Origin: an uncultured Bacillaceae bacterium
Lineage (GTDB): Bacteria > Bacillota > Bacilli > Bacillales > DSM-1321
DNA length: 64,000 nucleotides
Direction of reading: 5' to 3'
NCBI GenBank assembly: GCA_963751845.1
Contig: CAVVWH010000015.1
Coordinates: 10,578-74,577 of the forward strand
Shown here piece by piece: positions 32,262-42,513 of the stretch. Both the position numbers and the translations under genes were made by a program. Below the pieces are notes generated by a model. It had not been told where the DNA came from. It saw only the letters and a program-made list of their open reading frames with translations, and made no database searches. Position 1 is the first letter of the stretch. Every line of letters begins with the position of its first letter.

Positions 32262-33007
32262 AGAAAGTAATCCAAGAAAAAGGAGGAGCGATTTTTTTCC
32301 TCCTTTTCGTTTTGATTATATGGCAACTATTAGTAAAAATAACAGAAACCCCTGCATGGCTCTTACCGGCGCCAAGTATTATTTTTAAAGAAGGGATCCT
32401 ATCATTTTCTCAATATTCAATAGATGTTTTATCAACGATCCGATTAACTTCACTTGGATTTATCATCGGCAGTCTAGCAGGATTTATCCTTGCTGTGATT
32501 TTACATATTTTTAATCGATTACGACAAACGGTTTATCCGTTGTTAATTTTGTCGCAAAATATTCCAACTATTGTTTTAGCCCCATTGTTAATTATCTGGT
32601 TTGGCTTCGGGATATTGCCAAAACTGATTGTGATTGGACTTGTTTGTTTTTTTCCAGTTGTTGTAGCAGCTCTTGATGGCTTTAAAAATACACCGTCAGA
32701 GTTAAAGCATTATATGGAAATGGTCGGTGCAACGAAAAATCAAATTTTTTGGAAACTTGAATTGCCACATTCTATGCCTTCGATATTTTCCGGTTTAAAA
32801 ATATCCGCAACATATAGTGTAATGGGAGCTGTCATTTCTGAATGGTTAGGTGCAAAAGAAGGAATCGGCGTCTATATGACGATGGCTTCCTCCTCGTTTC
32901 GGACAGACCGCGTGTTTGTAGCTATCTTTATCATCATGATTTTAAGTTTATTATTTTTTGGAATCATCCGTATTTTTGAAAAGATTTTTGTAAAAGGCAA
33001 GCAGTAG
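32258..33007 (+). CDS. thiX: ABC permease (ThiX-like)
   Basis: LPAPS, WFGFG, EWLG motifs; operon context. Confidence 0.85.
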   Translation: MKKVIQEKGGAIFFLLFVLIIWQLLVKITETPAWLLPAPSIIFKEGILSFSQYSIDVLSTIRLTSLGFIIGSLAGFILAVILHIFNRLRQTVYPLLILSQNIPTIVLAPLLIIWFGFGILPKLIVIGLVCFFPVVVAALDGFKNTPSELKHYMEMVGATKNQIFWKLELPHSMPSIFSGLKISATYSVMGAVISEWLGAKEGIGVYMTMASSSFRTDRVFVAIFIIMILSLLFFGIIRIFEKIFVKGKQ

Positions 33008-33021
33008 AGAGGGTAATAAAA

Positions 33022-33774
33022 ATGGTATTACATATTGAACATATAGAAAAGTCATTTGGTGATACACAGGTATTACAAGATCTTTCCCTTCATGTAGATG
33101 AAGGAGAGTTTGTTGCGTTACTTGGCCCTTCTGGTAGCGGAAAGAGTACGCTCTTTAACTTAATTGGAGGTTTGTTTGCTCCTGATAGTGGAACGATTTC
33201 GTTAAATGGGCAAAAAACGAATGGAAAAAGAGGATTAATTGGCTATATGCCGCAGCAATCCTCGCTATTTCCATGGAGAACGGTACTTGAGAATGTGTTG
33301 CTCGTTCAAGAATTATCAGGAAAGTCTAATCGCGAGGAAGCGAGAGACTGGCTGCGAAAAGTAGGCTTAGCAGAATTTGAACATGCTTATCCATTTGAAT
33401 TATCAGGAGGGATGAAGCAACGTGTCTCTTTTATTCGAGCCTTACTTAGCAGACAAAATCTATTATGTTTAGACGAACCTTTTTCAGCACTTGATGAATT
33501 TACTAGACTTGAAATGCAACAATGGTTATTGTCCGTATGGGAAAAGAGCCGGCAGTCGATTCTTTTTGTTACCCATAGTATTGAGGAAGCTTTATTTTTA
33601 GCCGATCGAATTTATATTTTCTCTAAACGTCCTGCGGTTGTGCAAAATGAGTTAATTGTTCCGTTTTCACGACCTAGAGATGAAAGTTTATTTACTAATC
33701 CTGAATTTTTCGCCCTGAAGCAGGAGCTTTTTGAACTTTTACGAAGTGAAGTTAAGGTTGGTGAGAGAACATGA
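33022..33774 (+). CDS. thiZ: ABC ATPase (ThiZ-like)
   Basis: GPSGSGKST, LSGGMKQR, LDEPFSALD. Confidence 0.88.
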   Translation: MVLHIEHIEKSFGDTQVLQDLSLHVDEGEFVALLGPSGSGKSTLFNLIGGLFAPDSGTISLNGQKTNGKRGLIGYMPQQSSLFPWRTVLENVLLVQELSGKSNREEARDWLRKVGLAEFEHAYPFELSGGMKQRVSFIRALLSRQNLLCLDEPFSALDEFTRLEMQQWLLSVWEKSRQSILFVTHSIEEALFLADRIYIFSKRPAVVQNELIVPFSRPRDESLFTNPEFFALKQELFELLRSEVKVGERT

Positions 33775-34556
33775 TGATTGATGCGCATATCCATTTTGAC
33801 CAATATGAAAATAGTGAGCGTATGACTATACTAAAGGAGATGAACCAATCCGGAGTGTCTCATCTCCTTACTGTATCAACAGATTTGGACTCTTGTAAAA
33901 GCAATCTTTTGTTATCGAAACAAGACGAACGAATTAAACACGCATTTGGATTTCACCCAGAGCAGGCAATTCCGAAAAAAGAGGAGCTAGCAGAACTTAT
34001 AAAATGGATCAAAGAAAATAGGGAGAGTATGGTAGCTGTTGGAGAAGTAGGTTTGCCTTATTATTTACGTGCTGAGAAGAAAGGCAAAGGTGGTATCCAC
34101 TATCAACCATACATCGATTTATTAAGGAAAATGATTGCTTTATCAGTTGAACTGGATAAACCGATTGTTTTGCATGCTGTGTATGAAGATGCTGAAATCG
34201 TTTGTAATTTGTTAGAGGAATATGGGGTGAAAAATGCCCATTTTCATTGGTTTAAAGGGGATGAACGGATTGTTAGGAGAATGATTACTAATGGTTATTT
34301 CATTTCCATCACACCCGATGTATTGTATGAAGAAGAGATACAACAGCTGGTCCTCCAATATCCATTAGCACAAATCATGATTGAAACGGATGGCCCCTGG
34401 CGATTTGAAGGTCCTTTTTCAGGACAAATGACCCACCCTCGGATGATGAGGGAGTCTATTAAAAAAATAGCTGAAATTAAACAAATATCAATAAATGAAG
34501 TAGAAGATACGTTATATGAAAATACTAAGAAATTTTACAGTTTTAGGTTAGTATGA
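33771..34556 (+). CDS. TatD-family metallohydrolase
   Basis: DAHIH, GFHP, GEVGL, HWF, ETDGP motifs; overlaps the upstream stop. Confidence 0.9.
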   Translation: MMIDAHIHFDQYENSERMTILKEMNQSGVSHLLTVSTDLDSCKSNLLLSKQDERIKHAFGFHPEQAIPKKEELAELIKWIKENRESMVAVGEVGLPYYLRAEKKGKGGIHYQPYIDLLRKMIALSVELDKPIVLHAVYEDAEIVCNLLEEYGVKNAHFHWFKGDERIVRRMITNGYFISITPDVLYEEEIQQLVLQYPLAQIMIETDGPWRFEGPFSGQMTHPRMMRESIKKIAEIKQISINEVEDTLYENTKKFYSFRLV

Positions 34557-34795
34557 ATAATCGATTAACAATCTTAGGGTGACGCATGGATCTGCCAATT
34601 AGATTTGGTGGAACAAACGCGTCACCTTATTTTAATGTATTTTTCCTGTTTTCCTTGTTCCTTGAGATATTCCTTCCATTATATCAAATGTTGCTCCAGT
34701 AAAAAGAACCAGATCACTTACTCCAAAGTGATGTTTACAGCAAGTACTTATTAATAGTAAGATAAATATATCCATATTTTACATGAGGTGACAAT

Positions 34796-35287
34796 ATGAA
34801 ATGGAAGAAAGTAATGATAACGGTTGGAATTTGTTCTTCTATATTACTGTCTGCTTGTTCTAGCGAAGAAGAAAGTCAAGTTGAACATCAAAATCACACC
34901 GAACAACTGAGTAATGGCGACATTCGGGAAGAAACAAGTGGTAGAGATCAGAAACCTGAGTTCCTCTTAGAGAAACCAGAGGATTTGCAAACCATTTACT
35001 TAGCTGTTGCTCAACATCAGGATTTATTAGAAAACATACCATGCTACTGCGGTTGTGGGGAATCTGCCAATCATAAAGATAATTATGATTGTTTTATTTA
35101 TGAAAATAAACAAAGTGGAGCAGTAGTCTGGGATGATCATGGCACTAAATGTGGGGTATGCTTAGAAACCGCTGTAGAAGCAATAAATGATTTTAATGAT
35201 GGTAAAACGGTAAAAGAAATCCGTCAAACCATTGACAACAAATATAAAGAAGGTTACCCTAAACCAACTGCGACGCCTGAAGTTTAA
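34796..35287 (+). CDS. PCYCGC-motif lipoprotein
   Basis: LSAC lipobox, PCYCGC and CGVC motifs. Confidence 0.9.
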   Translation: MKWKKVMITVGICSSILLSACSSEEESQVEHQNHTEQLSNGDIREETSGRDQKPEFLLEKPEDLQTIYLAVAQHQDLLENIPCYCGCGESANHKDNYDCFIYENKQSGAVVWDDHGTKCGVCLETAVEAINDFNDGKTVKEIRQTIDNKYKEGYPKPTATPEV

Positions 35288-35367
35288 TCAAAAAAAAGAA
35301 CATTGTGATAAAAATCAGGATGTAACCATATATTTTTTCGTGAACTGAATTTGAAACGAGGTAGAGT

Positions 35368-36597
35368 ATGTCTCAATTATTAAAAAACCGTTATGTTCAA
35401 GCTATTTTTGTGTCGGCTTTATTTCTCCAGATTGGTATTTGGATACGGAATTTCGCAATTCTATTATTTGTTATGGAGAAAACAGATGGAGATCCTTTTG
35501 CTGTTTCGATGATTTCTGTGGCTGAGTTTGCACCAATCTTTATTTTTTCCTTTATCGGTGGTGCGTTTGCCGATCGTTGGAGACCAAAACTTACCATGGT
35601 ATGGTGTGATATCTTAAGTGCTCTTTCTGTTTTTGCTGTATTATTTACTCTTCATGAAGGTTCTTGGCATGTGGTTTTTTTCGCAACACTAATTTCGTCA
35701 ATATTATCGCAATTTTCACAGCCGTCTGGATTAAAGTTATTTAAAATGCATTTAAGTCCGGAGCTAATTCAGCCAGCTATGTCCATTTATCAAACGATAT
35801 TTGCTATTTTTATGGTATTAGGTCCTGTAATTGGTACTGTTGTTTTCCAACAATTTGGGATTGAAGTATCCATCGCTTTAACCGGAGTTGCGTTCCTTTT
35901 ATCAGCAGCAATTCTTTCATTGATTCCAAAAGATGTAGTGGAGCTTGATGACAAACCGAAATCTTCTACTTTACTTGAAGAAATGAAAAGTGGAATTCTC
36001 TATGTGGCTTCTAAAAAAGAACTAAAATTACTTGGAATGAGCTTTTTGGTTGCAGGACTTGCCATTGGCTTAATTCATCCACTTTCCATTTTTATCGTAA
36101 CTGAACAATTGGGATTACCTAAAGAAAATTTACAATGGCTATTAATGGTGAATGGAGTCGGTATGATTCTAGGTGGCGTGGTTGCAGCCGTATTTTCTAG
36201 CTCTACTCCACCACAAAAACTATTAGTTGTCGGAATGTTTGCCAATGCGATTGGAATGAGTATAATCGGTTTATCTACAAATCTTCCTTTAACGCTGGGC
36301 GCTGAGTTTGTGAACGGATTTTTCTTACCTTACATTCAAATTGGGATTAATACACTTATTTTACAGGGGACAAAGTCCGAATTTATCGGAAGGGTAAACG
36401 GTATATTAATGCCACTTTTTACTGGAGCAATGGTTGTGACCATGAGTCTTGCAGGTGTGTTAAAAGCCAATTTTTCTCTTACATTAATCTTTGAGTTTGC
36501 CGCTCTATTATTTATTATTGGTCTTGTCGTAATTTTGCCTATATATAATATGAAGCCGTCAAATACCACTGGAGAAGAAATGATTTCAAAAGGATGA
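35368..36597 (+). CDS. MFS transporter (DHA3-like)
   Basis: About 12 TMs, GAFADRW motif A, GRVNG. Confidence 0.88.
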   Translation: MSQLLKNRYVQAIFVSALFLQIGIWIRNFAILLFVMEKTDGDPFAVSMISVAEFAPIFIFSFIGGAFADRWRPKLTMVWCDILSALSVFAVLFTLHEGSWHVVFFATLISSILSQFSQPSGLKLFKMHLSPELIQPAMSIYQTIFAIFMVLGPVIGTVVFQQFGIEVSIALTGVAFLLSAAILSLIPKDVVELDDKPKSSTLLEEMKSGILYVASKKELKLLGMSFLVAGLAIGLIHPLSIFIVTEQLGLPKENLQWLLMVNGVGMILGGVVAAVFSSSTPPQKLLVVGMFANAIGMSIIGLSTNLPLTLGAEFVNGFFLPYIQIGINTLILQGTKSEFIGRVNGILMPLFTGAMVVTMSLAGVLKANFSLTLIFEFAALLFIIGLVVILPIYNMKPSNTTGEEMISKG

Positions 36598-36947
36598 TCG
36601 ATGTTTTTTGCTCTAAGTTAAACCCCTCTGTTCGGTCGTGAAAAGTATCTCCATTCTATTATTTATAAAAACAACCATGGATTGAATTGCATGGTTGTTT
36701 TTTGATACTCAAACATGTAGCGAACAGTGCATATTGGCATTGTTCGCTTATTTAAATGTGAATGAAAGTTTCAATGTTTAATAGTATGAAAAGCAATAAA
36801 AATCAGAAAATTTTATCAACCCCCTTTACACTGAGTAAAGGGGGTTGATAAAGTAGAAAATAGTTTATATTTTTCTATTAAATGTAATATAGTCCGTTTA
36901 TTGTAAGAGATGCTATCTTAAGAGTATCGACTATTTTATTAAGGGGG

Positions 36948-38625
36948 ATGAAGAGGATGGTTGATCATGTTAAGGTTGCCTTAATAGAAGTTTTGAGAGA
37001 GCTTATAGATAAGTTGCCATTTGGAGTGATCATAACAAGAAATGACAAAAGCAGTGTAGTGATAAACCGTTTTTTATCGGAGGTATGTACTGAGGAGTTG
37101 TTTAAGCTTCAATTAATGAAGTTTATTAATAAAAGCCTAGTTCCAGCAGTAAATATGCCTTTTCGTTTGAATAAAAGAAAGGGAATCATTAGAAAAGAAG
37201 TCGTTATGATATTTGAAGAGGAATACCAGTATTATTTCCTCTTCTTTTCGAATCAGAATGAATATGATAAACTCGATTATCCTGAAGAAACTCTTTTTAC
37301 AGACCTAAGTGAAATGGCCGATGATAGTTTGGTTGTGGTTGATAAAGATGGATATGTACAACTTTTGACCCGTTCTTTTGCCGAATTTCTTGGTGTTGAT
37401 AAGGAAAGCTCAATTGGAAAACATGTAACAGATGTAATTGAAAATACGCGCATGCATATTGTTGCACAGACGGGTAATAACGAGGTTGCTGAACCTCAAA
37501 AAATCAAAGAAGACTATATTATTGCGACAAGGTCCCCGATGTTGAAGCAAGGGAAAGTCATTGGTGCAGTTGGGAAAGTTGTATTTAATAATTTGGAACA
37601 GTTAACTGCTTTATCTAAACGGCTAAGATCGCTAAAGGGAGAACTAAACAAAAGTAAAGGAATCATTAACGCAAGAAACAAAGCCTACTATACTTTCAAT
37701 CATTTAATAGGGGAAAATCAGGCTTTTATAGAGGTGAAAAACCAGGCCAGAAAAGCAGCAAAAGGCGATTCAAATGTGCTGATTTTAGGAGAAAGTGGGA
37801 CAGGTAAAGAATTATTTGCCCAGTCGATTCATAATGAAAGCTGGCGTTCAATGGGGGCATTCGTCAAGGTAAACTGTGCAGCTATACCGGCAGAGCTCAT
37901 TGAATCAGAGCTTTTTGGCTATGAAGAAGGCTCTTTCACAGGTGCGAAAAAGGGAGGTAAAATAGGAAAATTTGAAATCGCTGATGGTGGAACTATTTTT
38001 CTTGATGAAATAGGTGAGCTTCCACTATATATGCAAGTGAAATTATTGCGCGTTTTACAAGAAAAAGAAGTGGAACGTGTTGGTGCCACGGGTACGATCC
38101 CCGTTGACGTAAGAATCATTGCAGCAACAAACCGAAATCTGAAAGAAATGGTTGCAAAAAGTGACTTTAGGTTAGATTTGTATTACCGTTTAAAAGTCAT
38201 GGAATTGACCGTCCCATCATTAATGAATCGAATTGAGGATATTAAAATTCTCGTTGAACATTTTATAGAAAAATATCAAAAACTTATGAAGAAAAGAGTA
38301 AAGGGCATAACGGATCAATTCTATTTATTTACTATGTCGTTATTCTTGGCCAGGTAATATTCGAGAGCTTGAAAATGCGATTGAGCGAGCTTTGAACATG
38401 GTTGATGAAGGAGAACTTATTACTCCAAGGCATTTACCAGAAGAAATTTCAGGATATAAAGAACAGTATCCAATTCGCTCTTTAGCTGAAGTGATTGAAG
38501 AGACAGAACGTAGTACCATCCTTACTTGCTTAAGCATGATGGATGGCAATAAATCTGAAACAGCTAAACGTCTCGGGATCAGCCGAACCTCACTCTATGA
38601 AAAAATGAATAAGTATAATTTATGA
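36948..38625 (+). CDS. PAS-domain sigma54-dependent activator, apparent frameshift near 38318
   Basis: GESGTGKE, GSFTGA, FLDEIG; WPGNIRELEN and Fis HTH continue in the next frame. Confidence 0.9.
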
Positions 38626-39090
38626 TTTTTTACTCTAAACTCCCTTTGCTATGCAAGAGGGAGTTTGTCTTTTTAGTAAGCTGTGTAGTCAACCATCCTG
38701 GAGCTAGCGCTTATGAAAACCAATATTCATTCATTGTTTTGTTAAAAGAAATGCGTACACAAATCGTTCTCGTTGGACGGAAAATAGACGCGATGATTAT
38801 GCTTTCTTGTACCAAATGTTCATAACTTGTACATGAAATTTCAATATTACGTGAAACTGTACGGAAATGGTGACGCTTTTTTAAGTTTTCAGAATAAATT
38901 GCAAGGTAAATCAAACAAAAAGGAACACTCCGCCCATTTTGAAGTGGGCATTTTTATATTTATTTAATTGTGTCTAGGTATAGTCGATAGACTGATTTTT
39001 TTTAGTGTTATGAATCGATAGATATATAGACTACGTTTTAAGCAACAAAATCTACATTATCTTTGATTATTTTTAACTATCTATCAAGTT

Positions 39091-39106
39091 TGGCACGATT
39101 CTTGCA
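39091..39106 (+). promoter_or_regulatory. sigma54 (SigL) -24/-12 promoter
   Basis: TGGCAC-N5-TTGCA exact consensus. Confidence 0.92.
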
Positions 39107-39290
39107 TTATTAGTGTTGTACGAAAAAATAAATGCTACCTCATTTTTTAGAGGTATTTTGTAACCATGAGTAAGGAGGACAAGGTATTGCTAGTATTGTA
39201 GAAATTGAAAAATAAGAGATGAAAATAGTGCTATTTAAGAGTTACTTTAAAACTCTTTAAATAAAATTTTAAAATATGGGGGATTAAAAA

Positions 39291-40430
39291 ATGAATTTTA
39301 AGTTGACGGAAGAACATGAAATGATTCGAAAAATGGTACGTGACTTTGCTAAAAATGAAGTAGAACCTACAGCAGCAATACGGGATGAGGAACAACGGTT
39401 TGATCGTACTATTTTTGATAAAATGGCTGCCCTTGGATTAGCAGGAATTCCATGGCCAGAAGAGTATGGCGGAATGGGTAGCGATTACTTAGCTTATTGT
39501 ATCGCGGTGGAAGAGTTATCTCGTGTGGATGGGTCCGTTGGAGTCATGTTATCTGCCCATACATCGCTAGGATCTTGGCCAATTTATAAGTTTGGTAGTG
39601 AAGAACAAAAACAAAAATATTTACGTCCATTGGCTCAAGGGGAAAAAATCGGTGCATACGGATTAACTGAGCCTGGAAGTGGTTCTGATGCAGGCGGAAT
39701 GAAAACAACAGCCCGCCTTGAAGGAGATCATTATGTCCTAAATGGGTCAAAAATCTTTATTACAAACGGTGGAGTTGCTGATATTTATGTTGTGTTTGCT
39801 GTGACTGATCCATCTGGAAACTCAAGAGAAACCACAGCCTTTATCATCGAAAAGGACTTTACTGGATTTTCGATTGGCAAGAAAGAAAATAAGCTAGGCA
39901 TTCGTTCATCACCAACAACGGAAATCATTTTTGAAGATTGTATAGTTCCTGTTGAAAATGTATTGGGTAATGTAGGTGAGGGCTTTAAAGTTGCGATGAT
40001 GACGCTAGATGGTGGACGTAACGGTATCGCTGCTCAGGCGGTCGGGATTGCTCAAGGAGCTCTTGATGCTGCCACTAACTATGCGAAAGATCGTGTACAA
40101 TTCGGAAAGCCAATTGCAATGCAACAAGGAGTTGGCTTTAAGCTTGCGGATATGGCAACAAATATTGAAGCGGCGAGATTATTAACCTATCAAGCTGCAT
40201 GGCTTGAGTCAGTAGGCCTTCCATATGGAAAAGAATCTGCAATGTCTAAGCTATTTGCTGGAGATACAGCGATGAAAGTAACAACGGAAGCAGTTCAGGT
40301 ATTTGGAGGCTACGGATATACGAAAGATTATCCAGTAGAAAGATACTTGCGTGATGCGAAGATTACGCAAATATACGAAGGAACTCAAGAAATTCAACGC
40401 TTAGTGATTTCCCGGATGTTGATCAAATAA
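39291..40430 (+). CDS. Short-chain (butyryl-CoA-type) acyl-CoA dehydrogenase
   Basis: [34 protein letters not shown]. Confidence 0.93.
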   Translation: MNFKLTEEHEMIRKMVRDFAKNEVEPTAAIRDEEQRFDRTIFDKMAALGLAGIPWPEEYGGMGSDYLAYCIAVEELSRVDGSVGVMLSAHTSLGSWPIYKFGSEEQKQKYLRPLAQGEKIGAYGLTEPGSGSDAGGMKTTARLEGDHYVLNGSKIFITNGGVADIYVVFAVTDPSGNSRETTAFIIEKDFTGFSIGKKENKLGIRSSPTTEIIFEDCIVPVENVLGNVGEGFKVAMMTLDGGRNGIAAQAVGIAQGALDAATNYAKDRVQFGKPIAMQQGVGFKLADMATNIEAARLLTYQAAWLESVGLPYGKESAMSKLFAGDTAMKVTTEAVQVFGGYGYTKDYPVERYLRDAKITQIYEGTQEIQRLVISRMLIK

Positions 40431-40600
40431 CGTGAAACTTCGATTGTAGGTTTTTCCATCATCCCCACTGATGTTAGTTGAGTCTCACACGATGTCGGTC
40501 ACACAGACTAAGACAGAAGGACATGCAGGTCATAGCCTGTGTACAGATTCGGGGTTTTAGAGATTGTTTCTCCCCTACCTATCCTTTTAAGGTGGGGGAT
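40427..40600 (-). repeat. Degenerate bcr1-like repeat beginning at the acyl-CoA dehydrogenase stop codon
   Basis: ataacgtgaaactt...catccccactgatgttagttgagtctcacacgatgtcggtcacacagac matches the reverse complement of 25032-25253. Confidence 0.75.
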
Positions 40601-40737
40601 TACATTCTAAAACATTGTTTTACCGACCTAAATGGAAAAAGGAAGGAGCTACTTGAACGGCATCTTGGTTTATACATAAGACACTCTTAATCAGAGTAAG
40701 TTCACTTAGCGTATGCGTATGGGGAGGCAATTTATTA

Positions 40738-41589
40738 ATGAAAATTCAGAGAGTCATGGTAGTGGGCTCAGGCCTAATGGGAAGCGGTATAACGCAAGTA
40801 TTGGCACAAACAGGATACCAGGTAGTAATGAATGATATTAAGGAAGAATTTGTACAAAGAGGATTGGCATTAATCACGAAGCAGTTGGATCGTGATATCC
40901 AGAAAGGTCGTAGAACAGAGGCAGAGAAAGCAATAATTGTTTCTAGAATAGAGGTTTCAACGAATCTTGAAGATGCAAAAAATGTCCAATTGGTGATTGA
41001 AGCAGCCACTGAAAATAAGGAGATTAAGCTAGGGATTTTCCGAAAACTGGATGAAATAGCGCCTAAAAATGCCATACTTGCCAGCAATACCTCTTCCCTG
41101 TCAATAACAGACATAGCGGCAGCAACCAACAGGCCGAAGAAAGTGATTGGGATGCATTTCTTTAACCCTGTCCCCCTTATGAAACTAGTAGAAGTAATTA
41201 GAGGATTGGCTACTTCGGAAGAAACATTTTCCACTGTTGAAGATCTAGCTAAGGAAATGAAAAAAGTTCCTGTGGCTATTAAGGACTATCCAGGCTTTGC
41301 TGTTAACCGAATTCTTATTCCGATGATTAATGAGGCAATTTATGCCGTATATGAAGGAATTGTCACTCCTGAAGGAATTGATGAAGTGATGAAACTTGGT
41401 GCCAATCACCCAATGGGTCCAATAACGCTTGCAGATTATATTGGGTTAGATACATGTCTGGCTATCATGGAAGTGCTGTATGAAGGATTTGGAGATCCTA
41501 AATATCGACCATGCCCGCTGTTAAGAAAATATGTTGAAGCAGGATGGCTTGGCGTCAAAACAGGGCGCGGATTTTATGTGTATAACTAA
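40738..41589 (+). CDS. hbd: 3-hydroxybutyryl-CoA dehydrogenase
   Basis: GSGLMGSGI, SNTSS, GMHFFNP, NHPMGP. Confidence 0.93.
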   Translation: MKIQRVMVVGSGLMGSGITQVLAQTGYQVVMNDIKEEFVQRGLALITKQLDRDIQKGRRTEAEKAIIVSRIEVSTNLEDAKNVQLVIEAATENKEIKLGIFRKLDEIAPKNAILASNTSSLSITDIAAATNRPKKVIGMHFFNPVPLMKLVEVIRGLATSEETFSTVEDLAKEMKKVPVAIKDYPGFAVNRILIPMINEAIYAVYEGIVTPEGIDEVMKLGANHPMGPITLADYIGLDTCLAIMEVLYEGFGDPKYRPCPLLRKYVEAGWLGVKTGRGFYVYN

Positions 41590-41598
41590 AGGAGAAAA

Positions 41599-42387
41599 AT
41601 GATGAGAGAACTTAACACGATTGACTTTACCGTCGATGAAAATGTTGCTGTAATCACCATAAATAGGCCGAAGTTCTTAAACGCTCTAAATACAGAAGTC
41701 CTGAGGGAATTGTCTGAGATAGTTGAGTTGATTGACAAGGATTTATCCATTCGTGCGGTTATCGTTACCGGAGCTGGAGAAAAAGCATTTGTTGCTGGAG
41801 CGGACATAACAGAAATGGAATCGAAGAATGTATTAGAGGCCCGTGAATTTTCAACGTTAGGGAACAAGGTATTTTCTAAACTGGAGAATTTAAAAATACC
41901 AGTCATTGCTGCTGTAAATGGCTTTGCTCTCGGGGGTGGATGCGAATTGGCAATGGCATGTGATATTCGTATTGCCTGCAGTAAGGCAAAATTTGGTCAA
42001 CCTGAAGTAGGACTTGGAATCATGGCAGGATTTGGCGGCTCCCATCGACTTGCCCGGCTGGTAGGTAAGGGTATTGCGAAGGAAATTTTATTTACAGGTG
42101 AAATGATCAATGCCGATCGTGCTTATGAAATCGGACTCGTAAATCGTGTGTGCGAGACCTATGAGGTTCTGGATGAAGCAATAAAAATAGCGCAAACGAT
42201 TTCTACTAAGTCACCACTCGGAGTTAGTTTTAGTAAGAAAGCTGTCAACGAGAGTTCAAACCTTTATTTTGAACAAGCAGTATCTTTGGAAGCTGAATTA
42301 TTTGGTGCGCTTTTCTCCACAAAAGATCGGACAGAAGGAATTTCAGCATTTTTGGAAAAACGGCAGCCTGTATTTAAAGGGGAATAA
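41599..42387 (+). CDS. crt: Crotonase / enoyl-CoA hydratase
   Basis: FVAGADI, GFALGGGCEL, FGQPEV. Confidence 0.9.
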   Translation: MMRELNTIDFTVDENVAVITINRPKFLNALNTEVLRELSEIVELIDKDLSIRAVIVTGAGEKAFVAGADITEMESKNVLEAREFSTLGNKVFSKLENLKIPVIAAVNGFALGGGCELAMACDIRIACSKAKFGQPEVGLGIMAGFGGSHRLARLVGKGIAKEILFTGEMINADRAYEIGLVNRVCETYEVLDEAIKIAQTISTKSPLGVSFSKKAVNESSNLYFEQAVSLEAELFGALFSTKDRTEGISAFLEKRQPVFKGE

Positions 42388-42513
42388 AGGAACACTGTAA
42401 AAAAGAAGGTTTAAATAGATGACAAGAATCCTATTTTTGAAAAAGATAAAAAAGCCGTTGTCTGAAAGTTTCCACATTTCGTTTTGAAGGTCAAATAAAG
42501 GGGAGGAAAAGTT

